Below are positions 44,829 through 54,730 of a stretch of DNA of 64,000 nt, in pieces (within the stretch, counting starts at the first letter, position 1; every line of letters begins with the position of its first letter). Source of the DNA: a candidate division WOR-3 bacterium (GTDB lineage Bacteria > SDB-A); contig JAFGON010000023.1 of NCBI GenBank assembly GCA_016926475.1, forward strand, positions 559-64,558, read 5' to 3'. The translations under genes were made by a program, and so were the position numbers. The notes beneath the pieces are model-generated. The model was not told the origin of the DNA, ran no database searches, and was given only the letters and a program-made list of their open reading frames with translations.

Positions 44829-47800
44829 TTATTTTCCGCCGGAATATTTTGCCAAAAGTTCGCTGAGTTCTGAAATGTCGTAGGGTTTTGTCAAGTATCC
44901 AGAAAAGCCGTGCGTTTTGTAGTTGGTTATCACCGGATCGTCAGAGTACCCGCTGGAGACGAAAACAACTGCGAAAGGGTCTATTTCGAGGATTTTCGGA
45001 ACAGTCTCTTTTCCGCCCATGCCTCCGCCTTGTATTGTCAAGTCCATTATGACGGCAGAATAGGGTTTTTTTTCACGAACGGAAGCCTCGAATTTTAAAA
45101 GAGCGTCCTCGCCGTTTGACGCAGATTCCGATTCATACCCAAGGTAGCTGAGCATTTGGGACAAAACACCGACGACAGACCTCTCGTCGTCCATGATTAA
45201 AACTCTCCCTTTTCCTTTTTCCACTTTTGGATTTTTATCAATTTTTTCAACAGGTTTGGAAGTAGAGGGAAGGTATATCTGAAAAGTTGATCCTCTGTAT
45301 TTTTCAGATTCTACCAAGATTGTTCCTCCGTGATTTTTGACTATCGAATAGGCCGTTGTAAGACCAAGCCCGCTCCCTGAATCTTTTGTGGTGAAAAAAG
45401 GGTCGAATTTTTTTGCCAATTTCTCCTCATCTATGCCATAACCCTGGTCCGTAATCGAAACCAAGACATAATCGCCGCTTTTCAAAGGAGGTGAAGAAAG
45501 TGTGCCGACGTGAGTGTTATGCGCCTTTATTTTTATTATGCCTCCCCGTGGCATCGACTGAACCGCGTTAATTATTATGTTATTGAAAACTTGAGCTATT
45601 TGATCTTCGTCTACTTCCACAAAAAATAGTTCCTTTTGAAAGTCAAAGTCTATTTTGCATTTTGAACCTCTTGTTGAAAATACACATGCTTCGGAAAGCA
45701 ATTCGTTGATCCTCATTGCTTTTTTCACGGGTTGTCCGCCTTTTGAAAAAGTCAGCAGCTGCTTTGTCAAATTTTTCGCTCTTATAGAGGCTTTTTCGGC
45801 TTCTTCCAACAGTTTATAAACTTCACTTTTGCCATTTAAAAATTCTTTTGAAAGAGATATATTGCCGAGTATCCCCATGAGAATGTTGTTGAAATCGTGT
45901 GCGATTCCTCCTGCCAAAACTCCGACGGATTTCAGCTTTTCAATCTTGCCCAGTTCTTCTTCCATCTTTATCTGGTTGGTGATATCGCTTATGACGCTGT
46001 TTGCCCTAATGACTTCTCCGTTTTCGAATTCCATTCTCACCGTGGCTCTCATCCATATTGTGTCTCCGTCTTTTTTTTCAGCCCTAAAACGGAATTCGAC
46101 AGAATCTTCCTTTTCGCTGTGCGTCTGTTTTTGGGAGAATATCTCGTTGATTTTTTCTTTATCTTCTTGGTGAATTATTGAGGAGAAAAAATTTATCGGA
46201 TTATTTTCGATTTCCTCGACCTTATAACCGAGTATCTTTTCAACGGATGGAGAGAGCAATTCGCATTTATTTTCTTTTATCTGGACTCTGAAAAGTATGT
46301 CCGGGGCGAGTTCCATGAAGCTTCTAAATCTCGCTTCGGCATCCTTTAAGGCGTTTATATACTTTGTTTTTTCTGTGAAATCCCTCACGATTGCCTGCAG
46401 GTAGACTTTTCCTCCTGCTGTGAATCTGTTCAGAGAGACTTCTGCGTTGAAAAGACTTCCGTCTCCCCTTTTATGCACCCAGTCGAAACGTTGGGATTTT
46501 CCCGACATAGCGTTGTTCATGCGGTCTATTGCTTTTACGGCGGAGGAAATACCGTCGGGCTGAAATTCAGGCGAAGTCTCAAAAGGTTTTTTTCCCAAAA
46601 GCAAATTTTTTTCCAGACAAAACATTTCACTCGCTTTATGATTGCAATCTATAAAAAGATAGTCCTTCATCAAAAAAATGGCGTCGTCGGCACTTTCGTA
46701 CAACAGCCTGTATCTTTCTTTTGTCTCCTCTAAGTCTTTTTGGGCTTTTTTCCGCAGGGTGATGTCTTCTATTGAACCGTCGATAAATGCCACCTCTCCT
46801 GTTTTGGAAAGCTCATGCTTCTCGTTGCAAAGGCATACAATCTTGTCGCCGTTCTTTTTTTTCATCTCTATTTCGTAGCTCCTGACTTCTTCCTGTTTTT
46901 CGTGCAACCGGAGAAGTTTTAACCTGTCCCTCTCTTTGACGTATAAATCGACAACGGAGACCATTTTTATCTCCTCAATACTCTTGTATCCGAAAATATT
47001 GACAAAAGCCGGATTCGCTGAAATTATTTTTCCATTTACGTCTGTTCTGAAAATCCCTATTGGAATATTCTCCTGAATTGACCTTAGGTTTTTTTCGCTT
47101 TCCGCCAATTTTTCCTGTGAAAATTTTCTTTTTAGAATTTCTGAAAATATTATTGCGGTGTTTTCAAAAAAAATTCTGTCCTTTTCGGAAAATCCTTTTT
47201 TATGGTTGCCAATCAGGTGAAAGACTCCATAGACCTCGCCTAAATCGTCAATCAGGGGCCAGGAAAATAAAGACTTTATCTTTTTTATCCTTCTGCTGAA
47301 TATTTCTTTCAGGAAGTGATTTTCAGTGTCTGGTGCGAAAATCGGTTTTTTGGTCGCCGCGACGTATGTAGTTATGTGCTTTTTTTCTCTTAAAAAACGA
47401 GGTTTTTCCTGATCTTTTTTTTCTTCTTCTGAAAAGCCAATAGCCGCGAAGAGATCAAGCTTTTTTCCGCTCTTGTCTAAAAGCCTCACAGATCCTTTGT
47501 CGAGGTCGAAAATATCTATGAAATGTTTCAAAAAATCTTCGCACAACTCCTTTATATCCGAAGCTTTGGTCGAGGATTCAACGAGGTAATGGTACGCGTC
47601 TCTCTCTCTTTGGAGTTCTCTTTCCGCTCTTTTCTTTTCCGTCCAGTCTTCAATGACAAGAAAATACAATTTCCGTGCTTTTTGGACCGAAAACAAAACG
47701 TTTCTGTCGTTGAAAACAATTTCACCTCTGTACTCTCTTTTGTTTTCAATAGATTTGGAGCATTGATTTAATATCTCTTTCTGGCAAAAACCAGGGATCA

Positions 47801-47951
47801 AATCTTTCAAGTCGTGATTTTGAATTTCACTTTCAGCCCTGTTCGTAAATTCCCGAAAAGATACGTTGAAAGCTTTGACCTTACAATCTCCGTCAAAAAA
47901 CACGACCGGATTTTTCAGGCTATTGAATAAAACTTCAAAGCATTTTTCCAT
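44829..47951 (-). CDS. multi-sensor hybrid histidine kinase (PAS/GAF sensors, HisKA, HATPase_c, C-terminal receiver)
   Basis: H-box GIAHDFNNIL. N/G boxes. REC domain RVLIMDDE…DLTIQGGMGG. Confidence 0.75.
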   Translation of the reverse strand: MEKCFEVLFNSLKNPVVFFDGDCKVKAFNVSFREFTNRAESEIQNHDLKDLIPGFCQKEILNQCSKSIENKREYRGEIVFNDRNVLFSVQKARKLYFLVIEDWTEKKRAERELQRERDAYHYLVESSTKASDIKELCEDFLKHFIDIFDLDKGSVRLLDKSGKKLDLFAAIGFSEEEKKDQEKPRFLREKKHITTYVAATKKPIFAPDTENHFLKEIFSRRIKKIKSLFSWPLIDDLGEVYGVFHLIGNHKKGFSEKDRIFFENTAIIFSEILKRKFSQEKLAESEKNLRSIQENIPIGIFRTDVNGKIISANPAFVNIFGYKSIEEIKMVSVVDLYVKERDRLKLLRLHEKQEEVRSYEIEMKKKNGDKIVCLCNEKHELSKTGEVAFIDGSIEDITLRKKAQKDLEETKERYRLLYESADDAIFLMKDYLFIDCNHKASEMFCLEKNLLLGKKPFETSPEFQPDGISSAVKAIDRMNNAMSGKSQRFDWVHKRGDGSLFNAEVSLNRFTAGGKVYLQAIVRDFTEKTKYINALKDAEARFRSFMELAPDILFRVQIKENKCELLSPSVEKILGYKVEEIENNPINFFSSIIHQEDKEKINEIFSQKQTHSEKEDSVEFRFRAEKKDGDTIWMRATVRMEFENGEVIRANSVISDITNQIKMEEELGKIEKLKSVGVLAGGIAHDFNNILMGILGNISLSKEFLNGKSEVYKLLEEAEKASIRAKNLTKQLLTFSKGGQPVKKAMRINELLSEACVFSTRGSKCKIDFDFQKELFFVEVDEDQIAQVFNNIIINAVQSMPRGGIIKIKAHNTHVGTLSSPPLKSGDYVLVSITDQGYGIDEEKLAKKFDPFFTTKDSGSGLGLTTAYSIVKNHGGTILVESEKYRGSTFQIYLPSTSKPVEKIDKNPKVEKGKGRVLIMDDERSVVGVLSQMLSYLGYESESASNGEDALLKFEASVREKKPYSAVIMDLTIQGGGMGGKETVPKILEIDPFAVVFVSSGYSDDPVITNYKTHGFSGYLTKPYDISELSELLAKYSGGK

Positions 47952-48305
47952 CTATTAAATTCTCCAGATTTATTGTATCACTCTGCCTAAAACTTTTGTC
48001 CCGGTATATACAATCTTTTTATTATGTATGAAACGATTTTTCCCGCTTCAGATATTTGACAATTTGGTGTTATTTTCTCCTTTATCAACACTTCCAAAGC
48101 TTTTCTTGACATGGCCGGTTTAACCTGATTTTTCCTGGCTCTTTGCCAAGACGTTTTCGGGCAGCGTCCAAATTTAATTCTTTTCTGATGGATAATTCCT
48201 GGAAAGCCTTTATCTTTTTTATCAACCATATTGACAAAATAAATTCTCTTACATAATACCACCTCTTTGATTTGAATTGTATTCTTTATTAAATTATAAT
48301 CAACC

Positions 48306-49697
48306 GTGATAATTATAATTTCAAACCTAATCCAGATAGAAGAATTCAACGGGAATCAAAGTCTTGCTTCTTTCGTAAAAAAGAGTTTGACCCTGCCAAA
48401 TTTCGAATATTTTCTCCGAAAGAAAATGGGAAAGAGCGTATGGGGTTTGAAAAGCAGTTTCACGTTTTATAAAATCAAAAAAGACAAAATTGTCGTCCCT
48501 CGCGGTTTTTTGGACAGACTCCTTTTATTTTTTGAAGAGCACAGCATTGAATATAAAATCGAAGATAAAAGAAGCAGACATCAAAAGGTCATCTTTTCGC
48601 CTGGCATAGAGCTTTTTGAATCACAGAAAACAGCTCTTCGCGATGTATTAAAGAAAGACGGCGGGATTTTAGTAGCCCCTCCTGGGTCTGGAAAAACGGT
48701 TGTCGCTTTAAAAATAATTGAACAAAAATCTTTGCCTTCTCTTGTTTTGGTTCATAGAAGACAGCTCATGGACCAGTGGGCGGACAGAATAGAATCTTTT
48801 TTAAAGATCCCAAAAAGGGAAATAGGTTCGCTTTCTACAAAAAAAATAAAAAAAGGCGAAAAAATTACTCTCGCAACGCTTCAAACTCTTTCAAAAATGC
48901 ATTCCGTTGATATCACAGATCTTTTTGGCACCGTAATTGTCGATGAATGCCACCACATTCCTGCAAAAATGTTTCGAAAGGCAATCGTAAAACTCAATCC
49001 AAGATATATCTATGGACTGACAGCTACTCCAGTCAGAAAAAACCGAGATGAAAAGGCGATTTTCATTTTTATCGGAGATAAACTTCACGATTTGACTCAA
49101 AAAACAATCACAAATACAGGTGGAGATATCTGCATAAAAATCGTCGGGACGGGCTTTTTTGTACCTTTCAACATCAAAACGGGTGAAATTGAAATTTTAA
49201 ACAAAATGCTGATTTTCGACACCCACAGAAACAGAATTATAACTGAAATGGTAATGGGGGAAATATCTAAAAACAGAAAAACGGTTCTTCTAACCGAGCG
49301 CAAAGAACACATAGAGGCATTAAAATACTTTTTTTCAGGAAATTCAGACTTCGTCACAATGACAGGAGATGACTCCAAAAAAGAAAGAGCTTATAAAAGA
49401 GATAAAATTAATACCGGAGATTACCAGCTAATTATGGCCACCGGCCAATATTTCGGTGAAGGCACGGATTTTATTTCTCTGGATTGCCTTTTCCTTGCTT
49501 TTCCAGTTTCCTTTGAAGGGAAACTCTTGCAATACGTGGGCAGAATTCTCCGGGGTGACAGCAAAAAGGTAATTTACGATTTCAGGGACGACAGAGTTGA
49601 ATACTTTGAAAAACAGTATAAAAAAAGGGAACTTTTTTACAAAACATCGCTTTCGAACGTAAACAGGCCCGTAAGTATCGAGTTTTTACGGGCCTGA
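48306..49697 (+). CDS. XPB/ERCC3 (RAD25)-like superfamily-2 DNA helicase; start uncertain (GTG at 48306 without an RBS; alternative ATG at 48426)
   Basis: Walker A GILVAPPGSGKT. DECHH box. GLTATPVRKN motif III. C-terminal helicase domain. Confidence 0.6.
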   Translation: MIIIISNLIQIEEFNGNQSLASFVKKSLTLPNFEYFLRKKMGKSVWGLKSSFTFYKIKKDKIVVPRGFLDRLLLFFEEHSIEYKIEDKRSRHQKVIFSPGIELFESQKTALRDVLKKDGGILVAPPGSGKTVVALKIIEQKSLPSLVLVHRRQLMDQWADRIESFLKIPKREIGSLSTKKIKKGEKITLATLQTLSKMHSVDITDLFGTVIVDECHHIPAKMFRKAIVKLNPRYIYGLTATPVRKNRDEKAIFIFIGDKLHDLTQKTITNTGGDICIKIVGTGFFVPFNIKTGEIEILNKMLIFDTHRNRIITEMVMGEISKNRKTVLLTERKEHIEALKYFFSGNSDFVTMTGDDSKKERAYKRDKINTGDYQLIMATGQYFGEGTDFISLDCLFLAFPVSFEGKLLQYVGRILRGDSKKVIYDFRDDRVEYFEKQYKKRELFYKTSLSNVNRPVSIEFLRA

Positions 49698-49705
49698 AGT
49701 TTTGT

Positions 49706-50455
49706 TTATTCCGAAACTGTAAAAGTAATGCTCGTAATTTCTTCGCCTTCACTGTCGCTGCTGAATAGTCTTAGATCATAAGAGCCGGGTTCATCCGGAG
49801 CGTAATACGTGAGGGTACCCTCGAGTTCTCCGTCGAGATAATTCCAGTCTAAATCGTATTGGTCAGCTTCTTCTTCATCGCCGTGGGCTACATCTGAAGG
49901 GATCAATCCTATCCAAGCGGAAGACTCAAGCCTTTGGGAAACGGTGAATTTGACTTCGATTTCTTCTCCCGGTTCAAAAACGTCTTTTTCGAGTTCTATC
50001 GTGGCGGTGACATCTTGCCTTTCCCCTGATACGGTGAAAGAGGCGTAGGTGACTTCTTCGCCTTCGAAATCGCTGTCAAACATCCTTATGTCGTATTCTC
50101 CCGGTTCTACAGGAGCATCAAAAGTCACTTCGCCTTCGAGCTCTGTTCCAATAAGATGATACTGGACGTCATATTCGTCGTTTTCCTCTTCGTCTCCGTG
50201 AGCGACTTCCGAAGGGATCAATCCAATCCATGCGTTGTCGTCAAATTCTTCAAGTGCAAGGTATTGGACAACAATTATTTCCTCGGGTGAATACACTTCT
50301 TTGTCGAGCTTGACAAAAGCTTCTTCTTGTACCGCGACAGTTGTGTCGGTTTTTGTGGTGTCTGTTGTCGGTTCTTCGGGTTTCTTGCTGCAGTCGGCAA
50401 AAAACATAGCGACGGCCATAAGAGCAGTCAAAATCAGGACCAGGGACCTTCTCAT
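49706..50455 (-). CDS. lipoprotein with an internal tandem duplication (two ~95-aa repeats, each with AWIGLIPS[ED]VAHGDEEE)
   Basis: Lipobox FFADC. Repeat 1 is residues ~45-140 and repeat 2 ~150-249, with about 55% identity. Confidence 0.55.
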   Translation of the reverse strand: MRRSLVLILTALMAVAMFFADCSKKPEEPTTDTTKTDTTVAVQEEAFVKLDKEVYSPEEIIVVQYLALEEFDDNAWIGLIPSEVAHGDEEENDEYDVQYHLIGTELEGEVTFDAPVEPGEYDIRMFDSDFEGEEVTYASFTVSGERQDVTATIELEKDVFEPGEEIEVKFTVSQRLESSAWIGLIPSDVAHGDEEEADQYDLDWNYLDGELEGTLTYYAPDEPGSYDLRLFSSDSEGEEITSITFTVSE

Positions 50456-50520
50456 CTTTTTTCTCCTTTCAATGGCATGACTATCTACAATTTTATTATA
50501 AATTAGATATTATTCAAGAG

Positions 50521-51138
50521 TTATTTGTCAGGTGTTTCTTTGAAAATGTCGAAAAGTTCTTTTATATCCGACATGTAAATTTTTACAACTTCATCTTTAT
50601 CCTTCTTGAACCTGTTCTCGGAAAATCCAATGAAGTAGCTGTGAAAAATCGACCTTATAACAACGTTCAGAAGATCTGCCCTCTTTTTGGGAATCCCGCA
50701 AAATTCTGCCGCCTTTTGAAAAGCCTGGCTTTCCAATCGAGTTGTTTTCGATTCCATCAGCTTGGAAATGACATTAGGGGTGTTTTTTCCGAAATATGTA
50801 AAATTTATGAGCCTGAAAGCGTCTTTGTGTTCGAAAGCGTAATAAGCGATCGCCTTCCTAATCTGTTGAAACCGATCAAGCGGGGTTTCAAATACTACAT
50901 CTTTTGTAAATCTTGCTATATATTCGAAAATATCATCCATGAACTTAAGGGCAACGTAGTATTTTAATTCGTGTATGTCTTTGAAATACGAATACAATGT
51001 CGCGTAATGGTATCCTGCAATATCAGCTACTTTTCTGACGCTTAAATACTGAATGCCTTCTTTTTCTATTACCTGACAAGCGGCATCTACAAAGTAACCT
51101 AATGTTCTCTTTTTTCTGATCTCCCTTTTTGACTCCAT
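50521..51138 (-). CDS. TetR family transcriptional regulator
   Basis: HTH LSVRKVADIAGYHYATLYSYFKD. Confidence 0.7.
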   Translation of the reverse strand: MESKREIRKKRTLGYFVDAACQVIEKEGIQYLSVRKVADIAGYHYATLYSYFKDIHELKYYVALKFMDDIFEYIARFTKDVVFETPLDRFQQIRKAIAYYAFEHKDAFRLINFTYFGKNTPNVISKLMESKTTRLESQAFQKAAEFCGIPKKRADLLNVVIRSIFHSYFIGFSENRFKKDKDEVVKIYMSDIKELFDIFKETPDK

Positions 51139-51185
51139 GTATATATATTATAAAAAAAAATCTTTTTGGTAAAGAAAAAAAACCC

Positions 51186-51214
51186 TTGACAAATAATCAA
51201 ACAATGTTTAATAT
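51186..51214 (+). promoter_or_regulatory. consensus sigma70 promoter TTGACA-17 nt-TAATAT, divergent from tetR, driving the small-ORF unit
   Basis: Perfect -35 and a 5/6 -10. An AT-rich near-palindrome (AACAAT…ATTGTT) overlaps the -10. Confidence 0.5.
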
Positions 51215-51260
51215 TTAATTGTTGTTTTAATTACAACCGTCGTTTAAAAGGAGGAAGAAA

Positions 51261-51380
51261 ATGAAAGTTTTAAAGAAAAAGAAAATTAACGGCAAAAAAA
51301 TCCTGAAAAAGAAAATCAAAGGACAAAAACCAATGACAGAAAGGTTTTACCTGTCGTGGAACCCTTTGTTTTTGTGGTGA
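51261..51380 (+). CDS. 39-aa lysine-rich small ORF (MKVLKKKKINGKKILKKKIKGQKPMTERFYLSWNPLFLW) with a strong RBS AAAGGAGGAAGAAA
   Basis: Below the 60-aa ORF-track cutoff. Consensus SD at optimal spacing. Followed by a second small ORF and a strong terminator. Confidence 0.35.
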   Translation: MKVLKKKKINGKKILKKKIKGQKPMTERFYLSWNPLFLW

Positions 51381-51384
51381 AAAA

Positions 51385-51492
51385 ATGGATGAGAGAAAAC
51401 TCGGTTCTTTGTCTTCGGTGGTAAAGTCCGTCGTTTCTTTTGACGAATCGAAGATAAAAGTGTTTGAAGATTTTTATATTCAAAGAATCTAA
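51385..51492 (+). CDS. 35-aa small ORF (MDERKLGSLSSVVKSVVSFDESKIKVFEDFYIQRI) with a weak RBS
   Basis: Read directly from the sequence. Ends 18 nt before the terminator hairpin. Confidence 0.2.
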   Translation: MDERKLGSLSSVVKSVVSFDESKIKVFEDFYIQRI

Positions 51493-51510
51493 AAAAGCGT
51501 ATTTATTTTT

Positions 51511-51549
51511 CGCCGGCGAATTTATATAATAATTCGCCGGTTTTTTTTC
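51511..51549 (+). terminator. strong intrinsic terminator (10-bp stem CCGGCGAATT / AATTCGCCGG, 8-nt loop, T9)
   Basis: cgccggcgaatttatataataattcgccggttttttttt. Confidence 0.75.
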
Positions 51550-51564
51550 AAAATTGGAGAATTT

Positions 51565-52926
51565 TTGTTAGCGTTGAAAAATTGCATGTCAATAGCGACT
51601 TTCGACGGCGAAGAAAGAGAGCTGTCAAACCATGATATAATAGTTGAAGGCAACAAGATTAAAAAAATCTCCAAATCCCCTTCAATAAGTCAAGATTTTG
51701 ATGGAGAGATCCTCGACTGCAGCAGCCACCTCGTCCTGCCAGGCTTTACAAACACCCACCACCACATGTTCCAATCCCTCACAAGGAATTTAAAACAGGT
51801 ACAAAACGCCAAGTTGTTCGATTGGCTGAAATTCCTATACGACAAATGGGTTAACATTGACGAGGACTGTGTCTATTATTCCACTCTTTTATGCTGCTCC
51901 GAACTGATGCTTACCGGATGTTCGGCTTCTTCAGACCACATGTACTTGTACCCGCCGCAAATTTCAAAGAGTATACTCGGGGTTCAGTTTGAGGCGGCAA
52001 AAAAAGCGGGGATCAGGTTTTCCCCTTCCCGGGGAGCGATGACAAGAGGAAAAAGCGACGGCGGGCTCCCCCCCGATAAAATAGTCCAAAAATGGGATGT
52101 TGTTTTGAAGGACATGGACGATTCAATCTCAAAGTTTCATGATCCTTCTCCTTTCTCGATGAGCAGGGTGATATTGGCGCCGTGCAGTCCATTTACCGTC
52201 GAAGAAAACCTCATGAAAGAAACCGCCTCTCTCGCCAGGACCAAAGAAGTCATAATGCACACTCATTTGGCTGAAACAAAAGACGAGGAAGAATACTGCA
52301 TGGAAATCTACGGTAAAAGACCTCTCGGTCTTATGTCGGATCTTGGATGGCTTGGCAAGGATGTTTATTTCGCCCATGGAATATACTTCACAGAAGATGA
52401 ATTGGATTTGCTCGCAGAAACAAACACAGGAGTCTCCCACTGTCCGACTTCAAATATGCGCTTAGGCTCTGGAGCTGCGAAAATCCAAAAGATGAAAGAT
52501 CTAGGAGTCAGAATTTCACTCGGTGTCGACGGTTCTTCTTCAAACGATACCTCTGACATGCTCGCGGAAGCTCGAAACGCTTTGCTTCTCGCCCGAGTAT
52601 TTGGAGGACCGGATGCTCTGACGGCAAGAGAAGTTTTACGTTTTGCCGCAAAGGGCGGCGCGCAGATGCTCGGTTTTGAAAACTCCGGTACTTTAGAAGA
52701 AGGTAAAGCTGCCGATATCGCAGTCTTTGATCTCGGCGGCATAGACAGGGCTGGATCTCTGTCTGATCCTGTCGCCTCTATTATCTTTACCGGTTTTTCA
52801 CATAAAACCGCATACACAATTATTGACGGTAAAATCGTCGTGAGAAACGGTCAACTCGTATCAATAGACGAAAGACAGATATCGGAAAAGGTTAACTCTC
52901 TTTCAAAAAAACTCATCGAAAAATAG
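51565..52926 (+). CDS. metal-dependent amidohydrolase (cytosine-deaminase-like; 8-oxoguanine deaminase/AtzB/SsnA-like)
   Basis: LPGFTNTHHHMFQSL metal-binding motif. …HTHLAET…GVDGSSSND. Start (TTG 51565 or ATG 51586) is uncertain. Confidence 0.6.
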   Translation: MLALKNCMSIATFDGEERELSNHDIIVEGNKIKKISKSPSISQDFDGEILDCSSHLVLPGFTNTHHHMFQSLTRNLKQVQNAKLFDWLKFLYDKWVNIDEDCVYYSTLLCCSELMLTGCSASSDHMYLYPPQISKSILGVQFEAAKKAGIRFSPSRGAMTRGKSDGGLPPDKIVQKWDVVLKDMDDSISKFHDPSPFSMSRVILAPCSPFTVEENLMKETASLARTKEVIMHTHLAETKDEEEYCMEIYGKRPLGLMSDLGWLGKDVYFAHGIYFTEDELDLLAETNTGVSHCPTSNMRLGSGAAKIQKMKDLGVRISLGVDGSSSNDTSDMLAEARNALLLARVFGGPDALTAREVLRFAAKGGAQMLGFENSGTLEEGKAADIAVFDLGGIDRAGSLSDPVASIIFTGFSHKTAYTIIDGKIVVRNGQLVSIDERQISEKVNSLSKKLIEK

Positions 52927-52939
52927 CATTAGCAAAATC

Positions 52940-54220
52940 TCAATCGCAGTACACTACAGGCAGTTCATTCCAATTCGTCGTGTACCTCTTTGACAATTTT
53001 TTTCTTTTCATTTTCCAGGAATTATCAAATCCTGAAGAGGCGAAGCCCACGGTTTCTCTTCCCATTTTTCGGTTTATTTCGTCTATGGTTTTTATTATTT
53101 TATTTTTGGATTGGTCTTCTTCTTCGAAAATCGACTTGCTGATCTCATCCTTTTTGATGATTCCGGTAAAAACAACCCCTGCTTTTTTATATTTGTACCC
53201 ACTCCTGAATATGTTCTCCAAAGCTTTATGAGAATGTTTTATTAGTGAGGGGGTATAGTTCGTCGGGTTTTTAATCCTTACATCTGACCAGTTCGCGTAT
53301 TGTTCTTCGTCCTCGTTGAACCTGTCGGTAGTTATGTAAACAGTCATCGACAACGGGACCGCGTTTTGGCTTCTCAGCTTGACAGCAGCCAAAGTAACGT
53401 ATTGTGAAAGGGCGTTTTTCAACTCTTCAATTTTCTCTACAGTTCTGCCGAAAGATCTTGAACAGGCCATGCCCTTTTTGTCCGATGGCATGTTTTCAAT
53501 GTCAATGCATGGCTCTCCGTTCAGTTCGAGTAAGGTTTTCAATCCAACTACCGTTAAATTTTTCAAAATCCATTCTCTGTCAGCATTTTTTAAATCCAAA
53601 GCTGTAAAAACACCTTTTGAAGCCAGCTTTAAAGATTGCTTTGCTCCGATTCCCCAGACATCTTCGGTTCCAAGGTTTTGGAGAATTTTGTCGATTTTCT
53701 CAAATTTATATATGTCGACAGCACCAGAACCGTTTTTTTTTGCTTCTTTTGTAGCTATTTTCGACAACGTCTTTGTCTCGGCTATTCCAACTGAAACAGG
53801 TATTCCTGTCCATTTCAAAACAGTCTTCTTTATTTTTAATCCCAGGTCTAAAAGCCTTTTTTCTTCAAATCCTTCAAGGAGGACAAAGGCCTCATCTATC
53901 GAATATACTTCAACATCAGATGAAAATTGCCTCAGGGTCTGCATTACCCTTATAGACATGTCTTGGTAAAGTTCGTAGTTGGATGAAAACACTTTCACTG
54001 AGTTCTGTTCTATGAAGTTTTTTATCTTGAAAACCGGAACTCCCATTTTGATTCCCAGCGCTTTTGCCTCTTCAGACCTTGAGACCACACAGCCGTCGTT
54101 GTTTGAGAGGACGACAACTGGCACGCCTTTCAAAGATGGAGCGAAAACCCTCTCGCAGGAGACGTAAAAATTATTGCAGTCCACGAGGGCTATGGGAGGA
54201 TGATACAAAGGGCTTTTCAT
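52940..54220 (-). CDS. umuC: Y-family translesion DNA polymerase (UmuC/DinB-like)
   Basis: [17 protein letters not shown]…[13 protein letters not shown]-terminus typical of UmuC. Confidence 0.75.
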   Translation of the reverse strand: MKSPLYHPPIALVDCNNFYVSCERVFAPSLKGVPVVVLSNNDGCVVSRSEEAKALGIKMGVPVFKIKNFIEQNSVKVFSSNYELYQDMSIRVMQTLRQFSSDVEVYSIDEAFVLLEGFEEKRLLDLGLKIKKTVLKWTGIPVSVGIAETKTLSKIATKEAKKNGSGAVDIYKFEKIDKILQNLGTEDVWGIGAKQSLKLASKGVFTALDLKNADREWILKNLTVVGLKTLLELNGEPCIDIENMPSDKKGMACSRSFGRTVEKIEELKNALSQYVTLAAVKLRSQNAVPLSMTVYITTDRFNEDEEQYANWSDVRIKNPTNYTPSLIKHSHKALENIFRSGYKYKKAGVVFTGIIKKDEISKSIFEEEDQSKNKIIKTIDEINRKMGRETVGFASSGFDNSWKMKRKKLSKRYTTNWNELPVVYCD

Positions 54221-54697
54221 TCAAGCCAATGGATGAATCACGTAAGTCACAACGCCCCAGACCTCAAAATTCATTTCAGGTTTTACTTCAATGGGCTTGT
54301 ATTCAGCGTTTTCAGGGACAAGATATATTTTTTCTTTCTTTTTGTGTATCCTCTTGACTGTAAATTCCCCGTCGATTACAGCGATTACAACCCTGTTGTT
54401 GCCTGGTTTTTCAGCCCTGTCGACGATGAGGATGTCCCCTGAATTGATACCCGCGCCTACCATGGAATCGCCCGAGACTTTGATAAAAAAAGTCGCCGAT
54501 GGGTGTTTTATCAGAAATTCGTTTAGGTCGAGTTTGTTTTCGGCGTAATCTTCAGCCGGAGAAGGAAATCCAGCGGATATTTTGACTTCGAAACATGGAA
54601 TTTTTATTTCTGCTTTTTTTTCGAATGAAAACATTTCTGTGACTTTGATCTCTTTTCTCATTGGATTAATTCTATTTGTTTGAGGGTCTAAAAGCAA
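54221..54697 (-). CDS. umuD: S24 peptidase LexA/UmuD-like protein (true start may be an internal Met)
   Basis: Ser nucleophile in VSGDSMVGAGI. Lys in EFTVKRI. Immediately upstream of, and abutting, umuC. Confidence 0.65.
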   Translation of the reverse strand: MLLDPQTNRINPMRKEIKVTEMFSFEKKAEIKIPCFEVKISAGFPSPAEDYAENKLDLNEFLIKHPSATFFIKVSGDSMVGAGINSGDILIVDRAEKPGNNRVVIAVIDGEFTVKRIHKKKEKIYLVPENAEYKPIEVKPEMNFEVWGVVTYVIHPLA

Positions 54698-54730
54698 TTG
54701 AAGGTTGAAAATCTTTTGTCTTAACCCCCT

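Noticed and set aside
47987-48349. 120-aa minus-strand ORF upstream of the helicase
   Set aside because: It lies in the divergent promoter region between the kinase and helicase genes, with an AT-rich, hydrophobic/low-complexity N-terminus and no RBS. Its basic C-terminal half stays unresolved, but there is no supporting signal.
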